From positions 1 to 33,397 of the forward strand of contig CBDCEW010000009.1 in NCBI GenBank assembly GCA_965215885.1: a stretch of DNA of 33,397 bases, read 5' to 3'. Positions within the stretch are counted from its first letter, which is position 1. Each line of letters begins with the position of its first letter. Source of the DNA: Candidatus Moanibacter sp. (GTDB taxonomy: Bacteria > Verrucomicrobiota > Verrucomicrobiia > Opitutales > UBA2987). A model generated the notes under the pieces. It ran no database searches and had not been told where the DNA came from. It saw nothing but the letters and a program-made list of their open reading frames with translations. The translations under genes were made by a program, and so were the position numbers. Positions 10,008 through 18,828 of this stretch are shown one piece after another.

Positions 10008-10629
10008 CGTCCGTTCGTTTCCTCAAAATCATAGACTGAAAGTGCATATCATTCGTTCCCTTAAGTTCAACACATCTAAAATACTCCAGCTCAAAGAATC
10101 GCCGTACCAGCGATTTCATATCTTCATCCGTGCGATAAGAAAAGAACCGTTTAGGCTTGTGATGATCTTCCGGCCCCGTCCCTTCAAAATCGACGCCCCC
10201 ATACACACCCAGGTAAAAGAGCCCGGCCGGTTTCAACACGCGCCTGATCGAGACCAGGATATCGGCAATTTCTTTATTCGGAACATGAAGGATACAGTTC
10301 AGAGCATATACCCCATCGAAGCGCCCGTCGGGAAAGTCGAGATGCGAAAAGCCCATCACATGTGCCTTCAGACCTTTCTCCCGGCATAAGTTAACCATCT
10401 CCGGCGATAAATCCGTGCAGGTAACCTCCAAGCCCTGATCCTGGAAGAATTTACCGTCTCTTCCCGGCCCTGATCCGACCTCGAGAAGGATCTCCGCTTT
10501 CTCTCGGATCAGGACCCTGAGAAAACGTTGCCTCTCTTTCACTTTCCAGTCGGATATTTCCGCTCGATCCCTTTCCTGAGCGGTTCGATCATATGACTCT
10601 CGCAGGTCCGCTAAGATACGCTCATACAT
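9997..10629 (-). CDS. Class I SAM-dependent methyltransferase
   Basis: LLEVGSGPGRD motif I; DLSPEMV; FDGVYALNCILHVP; RRVLKPAG. Confidence 0.9.
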   Translation of the reverse strand: MYERILADLRESYDRTAQERDRAEISDWKVKERQRFLRVLIREKAEILLEVGSGPGRDGKFFQDQGLEVTCTDLSPEMVNLCREKGLKAHVMGFSHLDFPDGRFDGVYALNCILHVPNKEIADILVSIRRVLKPAGLFYLGVYGGVDFEGTGPEDHHKPKRFFSYRTDEDMKSLVRRFFELEYFRCVELKGTNDMHFQSMILRKRTDDAD

Positions 10630-10777
10630 TCTGCCTATGGCCTATTCAGCCTCTATACTGCCAGCTCGAAAAGGCTTGTTTCCTTCTGTTCAATTCTCTT
10701 CAGCGTTGAAGGACCTACGAGTTTGGTTACGCCGACGCTGCGCTAGGCATAATAGGGTGAAGGGGAATTACCTCCGG

Positions 10778-11620
10778 TCAACCTGTAGAAGAAGCCGCAG
10801 ATTTTTTGCGCAGTCGCTCAAGATGATAATGGGCCGCTTCCCGTTTCTCCTCCGACCGATCGTAGATCGCCCAACACCAGACCGATACACTCCAGCTTCG
10901 CAGATCTTTCAGCAACTCAAGGAGCGTCGGATCAATCGAATACTGTCTGTGATACGGCCGCGGTACACAGGTCAGATCCCACTCGATCGGGCCCATACAG
11001 ACATTCTCAAAATCGGTCCACAGAAAGCCCCCTGAAGTCTCCAATACGTTTCCCATATGGCATCCGCCGTGCAACGGTCGACTGGAAAACGACTTCCTGT
11101 CCAACTCAGCATTCAGCTTCTCAGCACAATCGACCAGGAATAGATGATCCTCGCTCTTCAGGAATCTCCGCGCGTCATCCCCACGCAGTGTTTCGAAGCA
11201 TTCCTCCATAGACTCGCGAAAATCCGGGAGATCGGCCTCGTAATCTTCAAGATGCCGATGGCACTCAGCCAGCGCTTCATAGGCCGCATCAGGAACGTCG
11301 CTCTTCCGGTCCTCTTCCTTCTCGAATTTCCAGAGGGTGACGAACGTACCATCGACGGCGTGAGGACCCGGATTGCACTGATTCGCAGGTTGAGTGACGG
11401 GCGCTCCGCTTTGAGCGAGGAATTTCGAGACCTTTATTTCGCGAGTCAGCTGCTCTTTCCCATTCTTCTCATCTCCGATCAACACCCGCGCCACAAGATC
11501 TGACGAAATTCTCAGCGTAACATGATGTGAATCGCAAAGAAGCGTGGAGCCGGAAACGGAAATCTCCAGCCTGTCCGACAGCGTCGTAATCGCGTTTAGC
11601 GCCAGTTCAGTTCGATTCAC
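10778..11620 (-). CDS. Aminoglycoside phosphotransferase-like kinase
   Basis: LHGGCHMGNVL (Brenner-like, Asp apparently replaced), WTDFE, GPIEWDL. Confidence 0.75.
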   Translation of the reverse strand: MNRTELALNAITTLSDRLEISVSGSTLLCDSHHVTLRISSDLVARVLIGDEKNGKEQLTREIKVSKFLAQSGAPVTQPANQCNPGPHAVDGTFVTLWKFEKEEDRKSDVPDAAYEALAECHRHLEDYEADLPDFRESMEECFETLRGDDARRFLKSEDHLFLVDCAEKLNAELDRKSFSSRPLHGGCHMGNVLETSGGFLWTDFENVCMGPIEWDLTCVPRPYHRQYSIDPTLLELLKDLRSWSVSVWCWAIYDRSEEKREAAHYHLERLRKKSAASSTG

Positions 11621-12516
11621 GCGACAATCTTGACCTGGAGACTGATGAGATCGTTGACGACATGCATTCCAAGGTTCTGAAAAAACCTACCGGATCCGTA
11701 GAAGATATTCCACCGTGTGCGGTCGATATCAAAATTGGCCTGGGCTACCCAATGGTCCTCTTCGTTAAGCCCTGAAGCCGAATCAAAAGTGACGGTGTTC
11801 GTTACCCCTCGCATCGTCAGGGTGCCTTTCATAGCGAGGTTCGGTAAACCCTGAGTGGCATCTCGTATGGGCTCGGCGCCCAAAATGTCGAGGCGCGCTT
11901 CAGGATAACGTTCAACGTCGAAAAAGTCATCACTCTTCAAATGGTCCTCCAAGATTTTTCTCAACTCGCTCTCTTCGATATTGAGATCGGTAATCGAGTT
12001 CATATCGATGATAATGGATCCGGCTGCAGGAAGACCTTTCCGAAATGTGAGACTGCCCGACTTCAGGCGCAATGTTCCCCAATGTTTGCTCCCCATATTA
12101 CGCCCCGCCCACTCAATCGCGCTTTCTCCGGTATCGACCACTCGCTCTCCCTCCAGCGGTTCCGACTCTTGAGCCTCCCTTTTTCCCGCGCCTTCAATCG
12201 AATTTCCGGCTTCGCACCAGGCATTCATCCCGCCCCTGAAATCGTAAACCGAATGATAACCCGCACGGACGAGTTTCTCTGTGGCCATTCTCGATTCGAA
12301 GCTCTTCTCAGCCATCCCATAGACACAAATCGGCGCTCCCTTGTCGGGGACGACCTCTATCATTCGGTCTAAGAACGCGACTTCAAAAACACAGTTGCCT
12401 TTCGCCCCAGGGATGTGTTCCGCTTCATACTCCTCCGCCAGACGAACGTCCAGAATCGTGAGATTCGGCGTCTCGCCCTTCAGCGAATACAATTCCTTTT
12501 CATTGATTATTTTCAT
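11617..12516 (-). CDS. Rhodanese-like domain fused to YceI lipid/polyisoprenoid-binding domain
   Basis: ILDVRLAEEYEAEHIPGA...GGMNAW, then HLKSDDFFDVERYP, GTLTMRG, IDRTRWNI. Confidence 0.85.
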   Translation of the reverse strand: MKIINEKELYSLKGETPNLTILDVRLAEEYEAEHIPGAKGNCVFEVAFLDRMIEVVPDKGAPICVYGMAEKSFESRMATEKLVRAGYHSVYDFRGGMNAWCEAGNSIEGAGKREAQESEPLEGERVVDTGESAIEWAGRNMGSKHWGTLRLKSGSLTFRKGLPAAGSIIIDMNSITDLNIEESELRKILEDHLKSDDFFDVERYPEARLDILGAEPIRDATQGLPNLAMKGTLTMRGVTNTVTFDSASGLNEEDHWVAQANFDIDRTRWNIFYGSGRFFQNLGMHVVNDLISLQVKIVA

Positions 12517-12732
12517 TGCTATTTCTTAGCCTTTCGGAGCTTTCCTAAACCGATCATGTCGATTGCCGCCAGCCTATTGTAAAGTGAGTTTTCCCATCAG
12601 CGAAATTGACACATGAGGCATCGAGCCCAAGAACGTCAAGGATGGCTAAGGGATCCGGGTTTCGAATAACGCCGAAGTGCGTTCGCGACACCTCTTATCG
12701 AGAACATAATTGGATCGAAATCGCCGTAAGCA

Positions 12733-13227
12733 ATGAAGGAGACAGCTATTTCCGAACCGAACGCGAATTCGGAACATTTCGAATTCCTCGAACCGGGTCA
12801 GCTGGTCGACGGAGAATTGAAACTTCGCCTGGACAAGAAGCTTCCGGCGGATCCGTTCCATGACCACGTACCGGCCTATCTTTTCCATATGATCCACAGG
12901 GTGAGTGGGAAGAAAATGGGAAGGATCTCCCTGCGAATCGGAAAAACGGAGCTACTCAAGACGCGAGCGGGGCAGATTGGCTATTCAGTCTACTCGGAAT
13001 ATCGAGGCAACCGTTATGCCGCCAGAAGCTGCAGGTTGCTTCTTCCTCTGGCGAAAGAGCACGATCTGATTCCGCTATGGATTACCTGCGATCCCGACAA
13101 TCTACCATCGAAGAAGACGTGTGAATTAATCGGAGGAAAACTCGTCGGGATTTTTCGTCATCGCCGCTCAGACTCGCAGAATGCATCGGGATATTTCGAA
13201 AAGTGTGTCTATCGCGTCGAATTCTGA
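12733..13227 (+). CDS. GNAT family N-acetyltransferase
   Basis: GQIGYSVYSEYRGNRYA; ITCDPDNLPSKKTCELIGG. Confidence 0.85.
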   Translation: MKETAISEPNANSEHFEFLEPGQLVDGELKLRLDKKLPADPFHDHVPAYLFHMIHRVSGKKMGRISLRIGKTELLKTRAGQIGYSVYSEYRGNRYAARSCRLLLPLAKEHDLIPLWITCDPDNLPSKKTCELIGGKLVGIFRHRRSDSQNASGYFEKCVYRVEF

Positions 13228-13277
13228 TGAGCCTCCGCACTGGGACCGGGCGCTCCGGGCACCGATGATACCTTCTT

Positions 13278-13306
13278 TTGTGCATGACAAGCTCTGTAAG
13301 TATGCT
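13278..13306 (+). promoter_or_regulatory. Possible sigma70 promoter of pdxST
   Basis: TTGTGC-N17-TATGCT about 65 bp upstream of pdxS; AAGGA RBS before the ATG. Confidence 0.35.
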
Positions 13307-13371
13307 AGATTTATTCAAGAGAGACCCAGAAATGGCGAACTCCTCTTCCACCATTTAAGGAATAAATATCG

Positions 13372-14280
13372 ATGAGCGAAAACACAAACGGTCGATCGAC
13401 CCAGACGGGTACACTGAGACTTAAAACCGGTTTGGCGGAAATGCTTAAAGGCGGTGTCATTATGGACGTGGTGAACGCCGACCAGGCAAAAATCGCGGAA
13501 GATGCCGGAGCCGTCTCGGTCATGGCGCTCGAGCGAGTGCCGGCGGACATTCGCCTTGAGGGGGGCGTGGCCCGAATGGCGAGCATCGAAAAGATCCGAG
13601 AAATAATGGAGTCCGTAACTATCCCGGTTATGGCCAAGTGCCGCATTGGACATTTCGCCGAGGCCCAGATGTTGGAGGCTATGGGAGTGGACTATGTCGA
13701 CGAGAGTGAGGTCCTTACCCCGGCAGACGAGCATCATCACGTCGATAAACTTGCTTTCAAGGTGCCTTTTGTCTGCGGTGCGCGCAACCTCGGTGAAGCG
13801 CTTCGCCGCATCGGAGAAGGTGCCGCTCTCATTCGCACTAAGGGCGAGGCCGGTTCCGGTAACATCGTCGAAGCTGTACGCCATATGCGTAGCGTGACAG
13901 ATGAGATTCGCCGGCTCACGACCCTCCGGCCCGAGGAGCTGATGAGTGGCGCGAAAGATCTGGGCGCTCCTTTTGAACTGGTCAAGCTGGTCGCTGAAAC
14001 GGGAAACCTTCCGGTGCCAAACTTCGCGGCCGGTGGTGTAGCAACCCCAGCCGACGCGTCTCTCATGATGCAGCTCGGCGCGGAGTCCATTTTCGTGGGT
14101 TCGGGTATCTTTAAGTCGGGCGATCCTGCATTGAGGGCAAGAGCTATCGTTGAGGCCACTACTCATTACCAGGATCCCGAACTGCTGGTCCGCGTATCAG
14201 AAGACCTGGGCGAGGCTATGGTCGGGATAAACATCGACACCCTGGAAGAAAAGGATCTTATGCAGAGCAGAGGTTGGTGA
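13372..14280 (+). CDS. pdxS: Pyridoxal 5'-phosphate synthase lyase subunit
   Basis: [46 protein letters not shown], terminal RGW. Confidence 0.97.
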   Translation: MSENTNGRSTQTGTLRLKTGLAEMLKGGVIMDVVNADQAKIAEDAGAVSVMALERVPADIRLEGGVARMASIEKIREIMESVTIPVMAKCRIGHFAEAQMLEAMGVDYVDESEVLTPADEHHHVDKLAFKVPFVCGARNLGEALRRIGEGAALIRTKGEAGSGNIVEAVRHMRSVTDEIRRLTTLRPEELMSGAKDLGAPFELVKLVAETGNLPVPNFAAGGVATPADASLMMQLGAESIFVGSGIFKSGDPALRARAIVEATTHYQDPELLVRVSEDLGEAMVGINIDTLEEKDLMQSRGW

Positions 14281-14287
14281 GGCATCG

Positions 14288-14857
14288 ATGGTCGGCGTGC
14301 TCGGACTCCAGGGGGACTACCAGGCCCATGGAAGGTTGCTGCATCGGGACGGTGTAGCGGTTCGCTACGTTAAGAGGCCCGAACAGCTGGACGACATCAC
14401 AGGTTTGATCATCCCCGGCGGCGAAAGTACCACGCTCCTCAAGTTGATGGACGCCTACAACTTCTGGGAGCCGATACAGGAATTCGCCGCCCAAGGAAAG
14501 CCCATCCTCGGAACATGCGCGGGAATGATAATACTTGCCCGCGAAGTCCACAATCCCTCCCAGAAGGCAATGGGTCTGATGGATATAGTTGTAGAGCGCA
14601 ACAGCTATGGAAGACAAATCGACAGCTTTGAAGGCACCGGGATATTTAATCCGCATGGAGCGGAGCATCAGATCCACATGGTCTTCATCCGCGCGCCACG
14701 CATCGCGCAGATAGGTGAGAGTGTGCGTTCAATAGCCTTTTTCGACGGCGAGTGCGTCGCAGTTCAACAGGACACCGTCATCCTGGCCGCATTTCACCCC
14801 GAACTGACCGACGATCTCACTTTGCACCGTTACTTTCTCGAATTGGTTGGCGAATAA
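14288..14857 (+). CDS. pdxT: Pyridoxal 5'-phosphate synthase glutaminase subunit
   Basis: GVLGLQG, IPGGESTT, GTCAG, RNSYGRQ, FIRAP, FHPEL; immediately follows pdxS. Confidence 0.97.
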   Translation: MVGVLGLQGDYQAHGRLLHRDGVAVRYVKRPEQLDDITGLIIPGGESTTLLKLMDAYNFWEPIQEFAAQGKPILGTCAGMIILAREVHNPSQKAMGLMDIVVERNSYGRQIDSFEGTGIFNPHGAEHQIHMVFIRAPRIAQIGESVRSIAFFDGECVAVQQDTVILAAFHPELTDDLTLHRYFLELVGE

Positions 14858-15145
14858 GAGTCACCGGCAGCTTCCAGCCAGTAACACTCCCGGCGTGCGG
14901 GATGCCGCCGAATCAAACTCTGCCGTACGGCAGAGTGAAACTTGCCGCGGTTGCAGGACGAAAAGCTCCCGCTTTCCGCTACTTTCCGATTCGAAGTGTG
15001 TAGTCCCGGCGCGCCGGGAGAAGCTTTTCGAACCTCGCATCGAATCGCGGCGGCGTTCGCTACCAGTTCTCGATTCTTCGTATTTCGACGAATAACGAAC
15101 AATCGACTTCGTGCCTCGGCTGTCTTCCGATATTCTGACGGGTTC

Positions 15146-15174
15146 AGTCCGGAAATTTGTTAAATTTCCGGACT
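15146..15174 (-). terminator. 13-bp hairpin overlapping the phosphoesterase stop codon
   Basis: AGTCCGGAAATTT-GTT-AAATTTCCGGACT; no clear U-tract. Confidence 0.5.
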
Positions 15175-15697
15175 AAATCAGATCGACGATCTTGGCCTCA
15201 AGTCTCTTATCCTTGAGAAAGAGCTTGCCCAGAGTTACCGGTAAGGTAAATCGCCTCGGCCCGGCGCTGCCCGGATTGAGATAGAGCACTCCCTCCCTCT
15301 CATCAATCGCGGGGCTATGCGAATGTCCGAAAATCACCGCACTGATTTCTGCCGCCGCCGGGACCAATTCGAGCTCCTCAAATATATGCAGCAAATAGAT
15401 GGTATGCCCCCCGAACTCCACAACTTCCCTCAATGGTAGATCCCTGACGCCCTCTCCGTAATCTACGTTTCCGCGTACCGCTACAACCGGTGCAATCTCC
15501 CCGAGCTCTTCCAGGATCTCCGCCTTTCCCACGTCGCCGGCATGAATAATGAGCTCAGCCCCTTTTAGCGCCTCTTTCGCTTCGGGCCGCAAGAGGCCGT
15601 GCGTGTCCGATATAACACCCGCGAAAGGACGATTACCTTCGATCCTATCCACATTACCCGATTCAGAGCTTTTAGACGCTAATCTCCTGTCCGACAT
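15173..15697 (-). CDS. Metallophosphoesterase (YfcE/MJ0936 family)
   Basis: ISDTHG, HAGDVG, VRGNVD, FGHSH, LNPGS motifs. Confidence 0.92.
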   Translation of the reverse strand: MSDRRLASKSSESGNVDRIEGNRPFAGVISDTHGLLRPEAKEALKGAELIIHAGDVGKAEILEELGEIAPVVAVRGNVDYGEGVRDLPLREVVEFGGHTIYLLHIFEELELVPAAAEISAVIFGHSHSPAIDEREGVLYLNPGSAGPRRFTLPVTLGKLFLKDKRLEAKIVDLI

Positions 15698-15701
15698 ATT
15701 C

Positions 15702-18700
15702 CTAGATCGTCAGAAAGCTAAGTGACCGCCCGACAGAGGTCGCGTAGAGAACGGCCTCTGTCTGCTTCTCAAAGAGCGCCACAACGGCTTCGTGGTAGGC
15801 AAGCAGCTGCGGAGTGTATCGCTCTACCAGCATCGAGACTTCGCCAGATTCGACTCGATCCGTCTTCCAGTCAACGATGAGCCACCGCACCTCGGCGGGA
15901 TCCCAGACCGCCATATCGATAAACCCTTCGTAAGCAATCTCGGAAGATTTTCGCCAGAGAAAGGGCACCTCGGTGCGAATCAACAAACCGGAATTATTCA
16001 GGTTTTTACACAAATCGGAGCTCTGAAAGAGCGTGATCTCGCGTCCCCCTCGCTTCCGGTCTGGCGAGTAGACAAGGCTTTCCTGGAAATGCCTCCGCCA
16101 GGCTGTCGCTCCATCTTTCCACGGGTTTCTCTCCATCATTTCATGCCACCAATTTCCGTAGGCGGTGGATTCGGGAACACTCTCCGCCTCGATCTCGGGA
16201 AAGGAAGGGGAGACTCGCAGATCCGCTTCATTGCAATCGCCGAGATTATTGGCCGATCGACTGAGCGAACTCGGTGTAACCCGTTCCATGAACCTGCTCC
16301 CGCAGGCTCTGGCTGCCGGAATGACACCTTGATCGAAAGTCTCGAGAATCTCATCCGGCACGCTTGCCCCTCCAGAGACTTCGGGAAGCGGAAGCATCGA
16401 TACAAACAGGCCTTCAGGCAGGCGATTCCAGAAATCACTGTTGGCTTCACCCGGCGACAGTTGGAGCAAATCCTCGAAAGAGAAGCTACCTCTCCTCTTT
16501 CTCTCCTGGAAGAATCCTCCTCCATCCACAAAGACGAGCGTTCGACGGGCCCGGGTCGCAGCAACGTAAAGGAGTCTCTGACACTCCTGTCGACGCCCGA
16601 GGACCATCTTTTCCCTGACATCCGCGGGATAGTTCCTCCCGTCCATAGCGACGAGCGCGCCACCACCATCCGAAGAGTACACTAACTGCGGATACTCTTC
16701 CTGTTGAAAGAAGATATTCCTGGAGAGAAACGGCAATATAACGACTTCCCATTCCAACCCTTTCGCTTTGTGGCATGTAATTAACCGGATCTCGTCAGCT
16801 TCACCTTCCTCTTCCTCCAGGGTCTGGTAGTATCTCGTCCTTAACCGCCGCGCCAAATCTGAAAGCGCCAGTCCCTCTTCTTCTGCTTCGGCAATTTCCA
16901 CAAGCAAAGTATCGACGGAACGAGAGAGTAATCCCTCCGGATAGTCGGGTAGCAGGCCGAGCCGAACACGTAACATGGTCTTTTCAATCAGAACCGTGAC
17001 TAGATCGAGCAGCGCCAATTCAAGACATTCCTCTCGAACATCTGCCAGGAGATCGAGCGTCTCACCAACTGATCCACACTCCTGCGTTCTCTCCAGGATC
17101 TGCCAGGGATTAGTTTGGCGAGGACCTTTCCGATGCGAATTGACAAATTCCGCCAAGTCGTGATCCGAAATTCCAAAAACGTCGCGGAGAACACCGACAA
17201 TCTCAAAGCCGTTATCCGGCTCGGAGAGAGCTACGATGAGACCGGTCAGCCACGCATACGCCGGATTGTCTCCACCGACATCACCCCGAGACTGAACGAC
17301 CGATGAGAGGCCCACATCGGCTAATGCATAGGCGAGGGGTGGGAGCCAACGTTTCCGCGGACAGAGAATCGCCACATCAGCCCAATGCTGAACGCCGAAA
17401 CCCTTGAGATTCTGTCCGGCGATCCAGTGGGCGAGAGCCCGTGCTTCAGCCTTGGCTGCTTCATTGATTCCTACATCCGGGTTGAATTTTTCCGGAGGAA
17501 CTAACTTACACCGAACGACCTGTCCGCTACCGGCATCGGGACGAGCACGAAGAGGCTCAAACCTCACCTGCCCATCTCTTTCATCCAGGAGACGCGGAAA
17601 GAGTTCGTTGACCCCTGCAACGATATTCTCGTCGCACCTGAAAGTCACCGAGAACTCAAGGGTATCCGCCGAACCACCCTCTTGCAATCGCCGGTGAACA
17701 TTCAAATAGGTTGCTAAATCCGCCCGCGCTCCATAAATCGACTGCTGCGGATCCCCTACCATGCAGAAACGCCCAGGTCCAGGCAGCGCGCTATCGGCAC
17801 GCCGCCAATCGCCGGCAAACTCGGGAGTTTGAGCCAGCGCAAGGAGCACTTCGAACTGTTCCCGATCTGTATCCTGTGCTTCGTCCAGAACAACGCGATA
17901 TCCGCACTCCCGGATTCTCCTTCCCGCTACAGAATGACTGAGCAACTGCTTTGCGAAATGAATCATATCGTCATAGGAAAGGAGCCCTCTTACCACGCGA
18001 TGTTTTCGGTATTCATCCGCCACGCTTCCGACCAGAACTGCTGCCGTCCGTTGCAACCAGGTGTGAAGAGCACGAAAGCACTCCTCAACCAGACCTATGA
18101 ATTCCCTGCCTCCTTTCTTAATATCCGGCAGTGGCAGATAGGGCGTGCCATTCGCCAAATCATCCATCCAGCGCCGCAACTGTGCCTGTCCCTCTTCTAC
18201 ACTCCCTTTTGAACGCCTGTTCGCAGGGCAGCTCAAAGCCGGCTCCAGATCGATCTCCGGCCGCTCACTCAATAGAATCTCTGGCCCTCCGCCAGGGTTC
18301 CACTTCCTCGCCAATTCGACCACTCTCCCCACATGGACATGGCGTTTAAACCGCTCACCCATCGTGGGAGGCAATGCACTCGTTACATCGTCTCTCCCCC
18401 GTATAAACTCCAACCACAGCGTCTCTTCATTCTCGACCAGTTCAACTGACGATGGAAGCCCCAAGACGTGTCCATACCTTCTGATAAGTTCCAGGCAAAA
18501 GCTGTGGATGGTTCCGAAATAAGCCTGGTTAAGTAACGTCATTCTCTCGGGATGCACTCCTCGACGCAAAAGCTCATCATGCGCGCGCGTTTTCATCTCC
18601 ATGGCGGCCTTCCGGGTATACGTCACTACCACCAAAGTGGGCAGGTAGGCCTCCGCGAGTTCGTTCCTACCGAGGGCGATATTCACAATCCGGCTAACAA

Positions 18701-18827
18701 TCGCTTTCGTCTTTCCTACCCCGGCAGGCGCAATAACGGAGAAATTACGTTCAATCTCAGCGCGAAATCTCTCGCGTGCTCTGGCGTCTCCCGACTTCCG
18801 GTTTCGCTTCACTGCTCTATCCTGCAT
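15702..18827 (-). CDS. addA: AddA-like UvrD helicase with C-terminal RecB-type nuclease
   Basis: APAGVGKT, TIHSF, LDEAQD, GDPQQSIY, TCHKAKGLE, LLYVAATRA; nuclease GFID..IVDWKT..QLLAY; ATG at 18827 abuts the upstream stop. Confidence 0.85.
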   Translation of the reverse strand: MQDRAVKRNRKSGDARARERFRAEIERNFSVIAPAGVGKTKAIVSRIVNIALGRNELAEAYLPTLVVVTYTRKAAMEMKTRAHDELLRRGVHPERMTLLNQAYFGTIHSFCLELIRRYGHVLGLPSSVELVENEETLWLEFIRGRDDVTSALPPTMGERFKRHVHVGRVVELARKWNPGGGPEILLSERPEIDLEPALSCPANRRSKGSVEEGQAQLRRWMDDLANGTPYLPLPDIKKGGREFIGLVEECFRALHTWLQRTAAVLVGSVADEYRKHRVVRGLLSYDDMIHFAKQLLSHSVAGRRIRECGYRVVLDEAQDTDREQFEVLLALAQTPEFAGDWRRADSALPGPGRFCMVGDPQQSIYGARADLATYLNVHRRLQEGGSADTLEFSVTFRCDENIVAGVNELFPRLLDERDGQVRFEPLRARPDAGSGQVVRCKLVPPEKFNPDVGINEAAKAEARALAHWIAGQNLKGFGVQHWADVAILCPRKRWLPPLAYALADVGLSSVVQSRGDVGGDNPAYAWLTGLIVALSEPDNGFEIVGVLRDVFGISDHDLAEFVNSHRKGPRQTNPWQILERTQECGSVGETLDLLADVREECLELALLDLVTVLIEKTMLRVRLGLLPDYPEGLLSRSVDTLLVEIAEAEEEGLALSDLARRLRTRYYQTLEEEEGEADEIRLITCHKAKGLEWEVVILPFLSRNIFFQQEEYPQLVYSSDGGGALVAMDGRNYPADVREKMVLGRRQECQRLLYVAATRARRTLVFVDGGGFFQERKRRGSFSFEDLLQLSPGEANSDFWNRLPEGLFVSMLPLPEVSGGASVPDEILETFDQGVIPAARACGSRFMERVTPSSLSRSANNLGDCNEADLRVSPSFPEIEAESVPESTAYGNWWHEMMERNPWKDGATAWRRHFQESLVYSPDRKRGGREITLFQSSDLCKNLNNSGLLIRTEVPFLWRKSSEIAYEGFIDMAVWDPAEVRWLIVDWKTDRVESGEVSMLVERYTPQLLAYHEAVVALFEKQTEAVLYATSVGRSLSFLTI

Positions 18828-18828
18828 A

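Noticed and set aside
13307..13371. Riboswitch in the pdxS leader
   Set aside because: Only a weak AAATGG/CCATTT stem, with no known aptamer consensus.
13315..14166. 283-aa antisense ORF over pdxS, and similar shadow ORFs over addA, the transposase and the surface protein
   Set aside because: They lie opposite well-supported genes, as expected from GC-rich codon bias.
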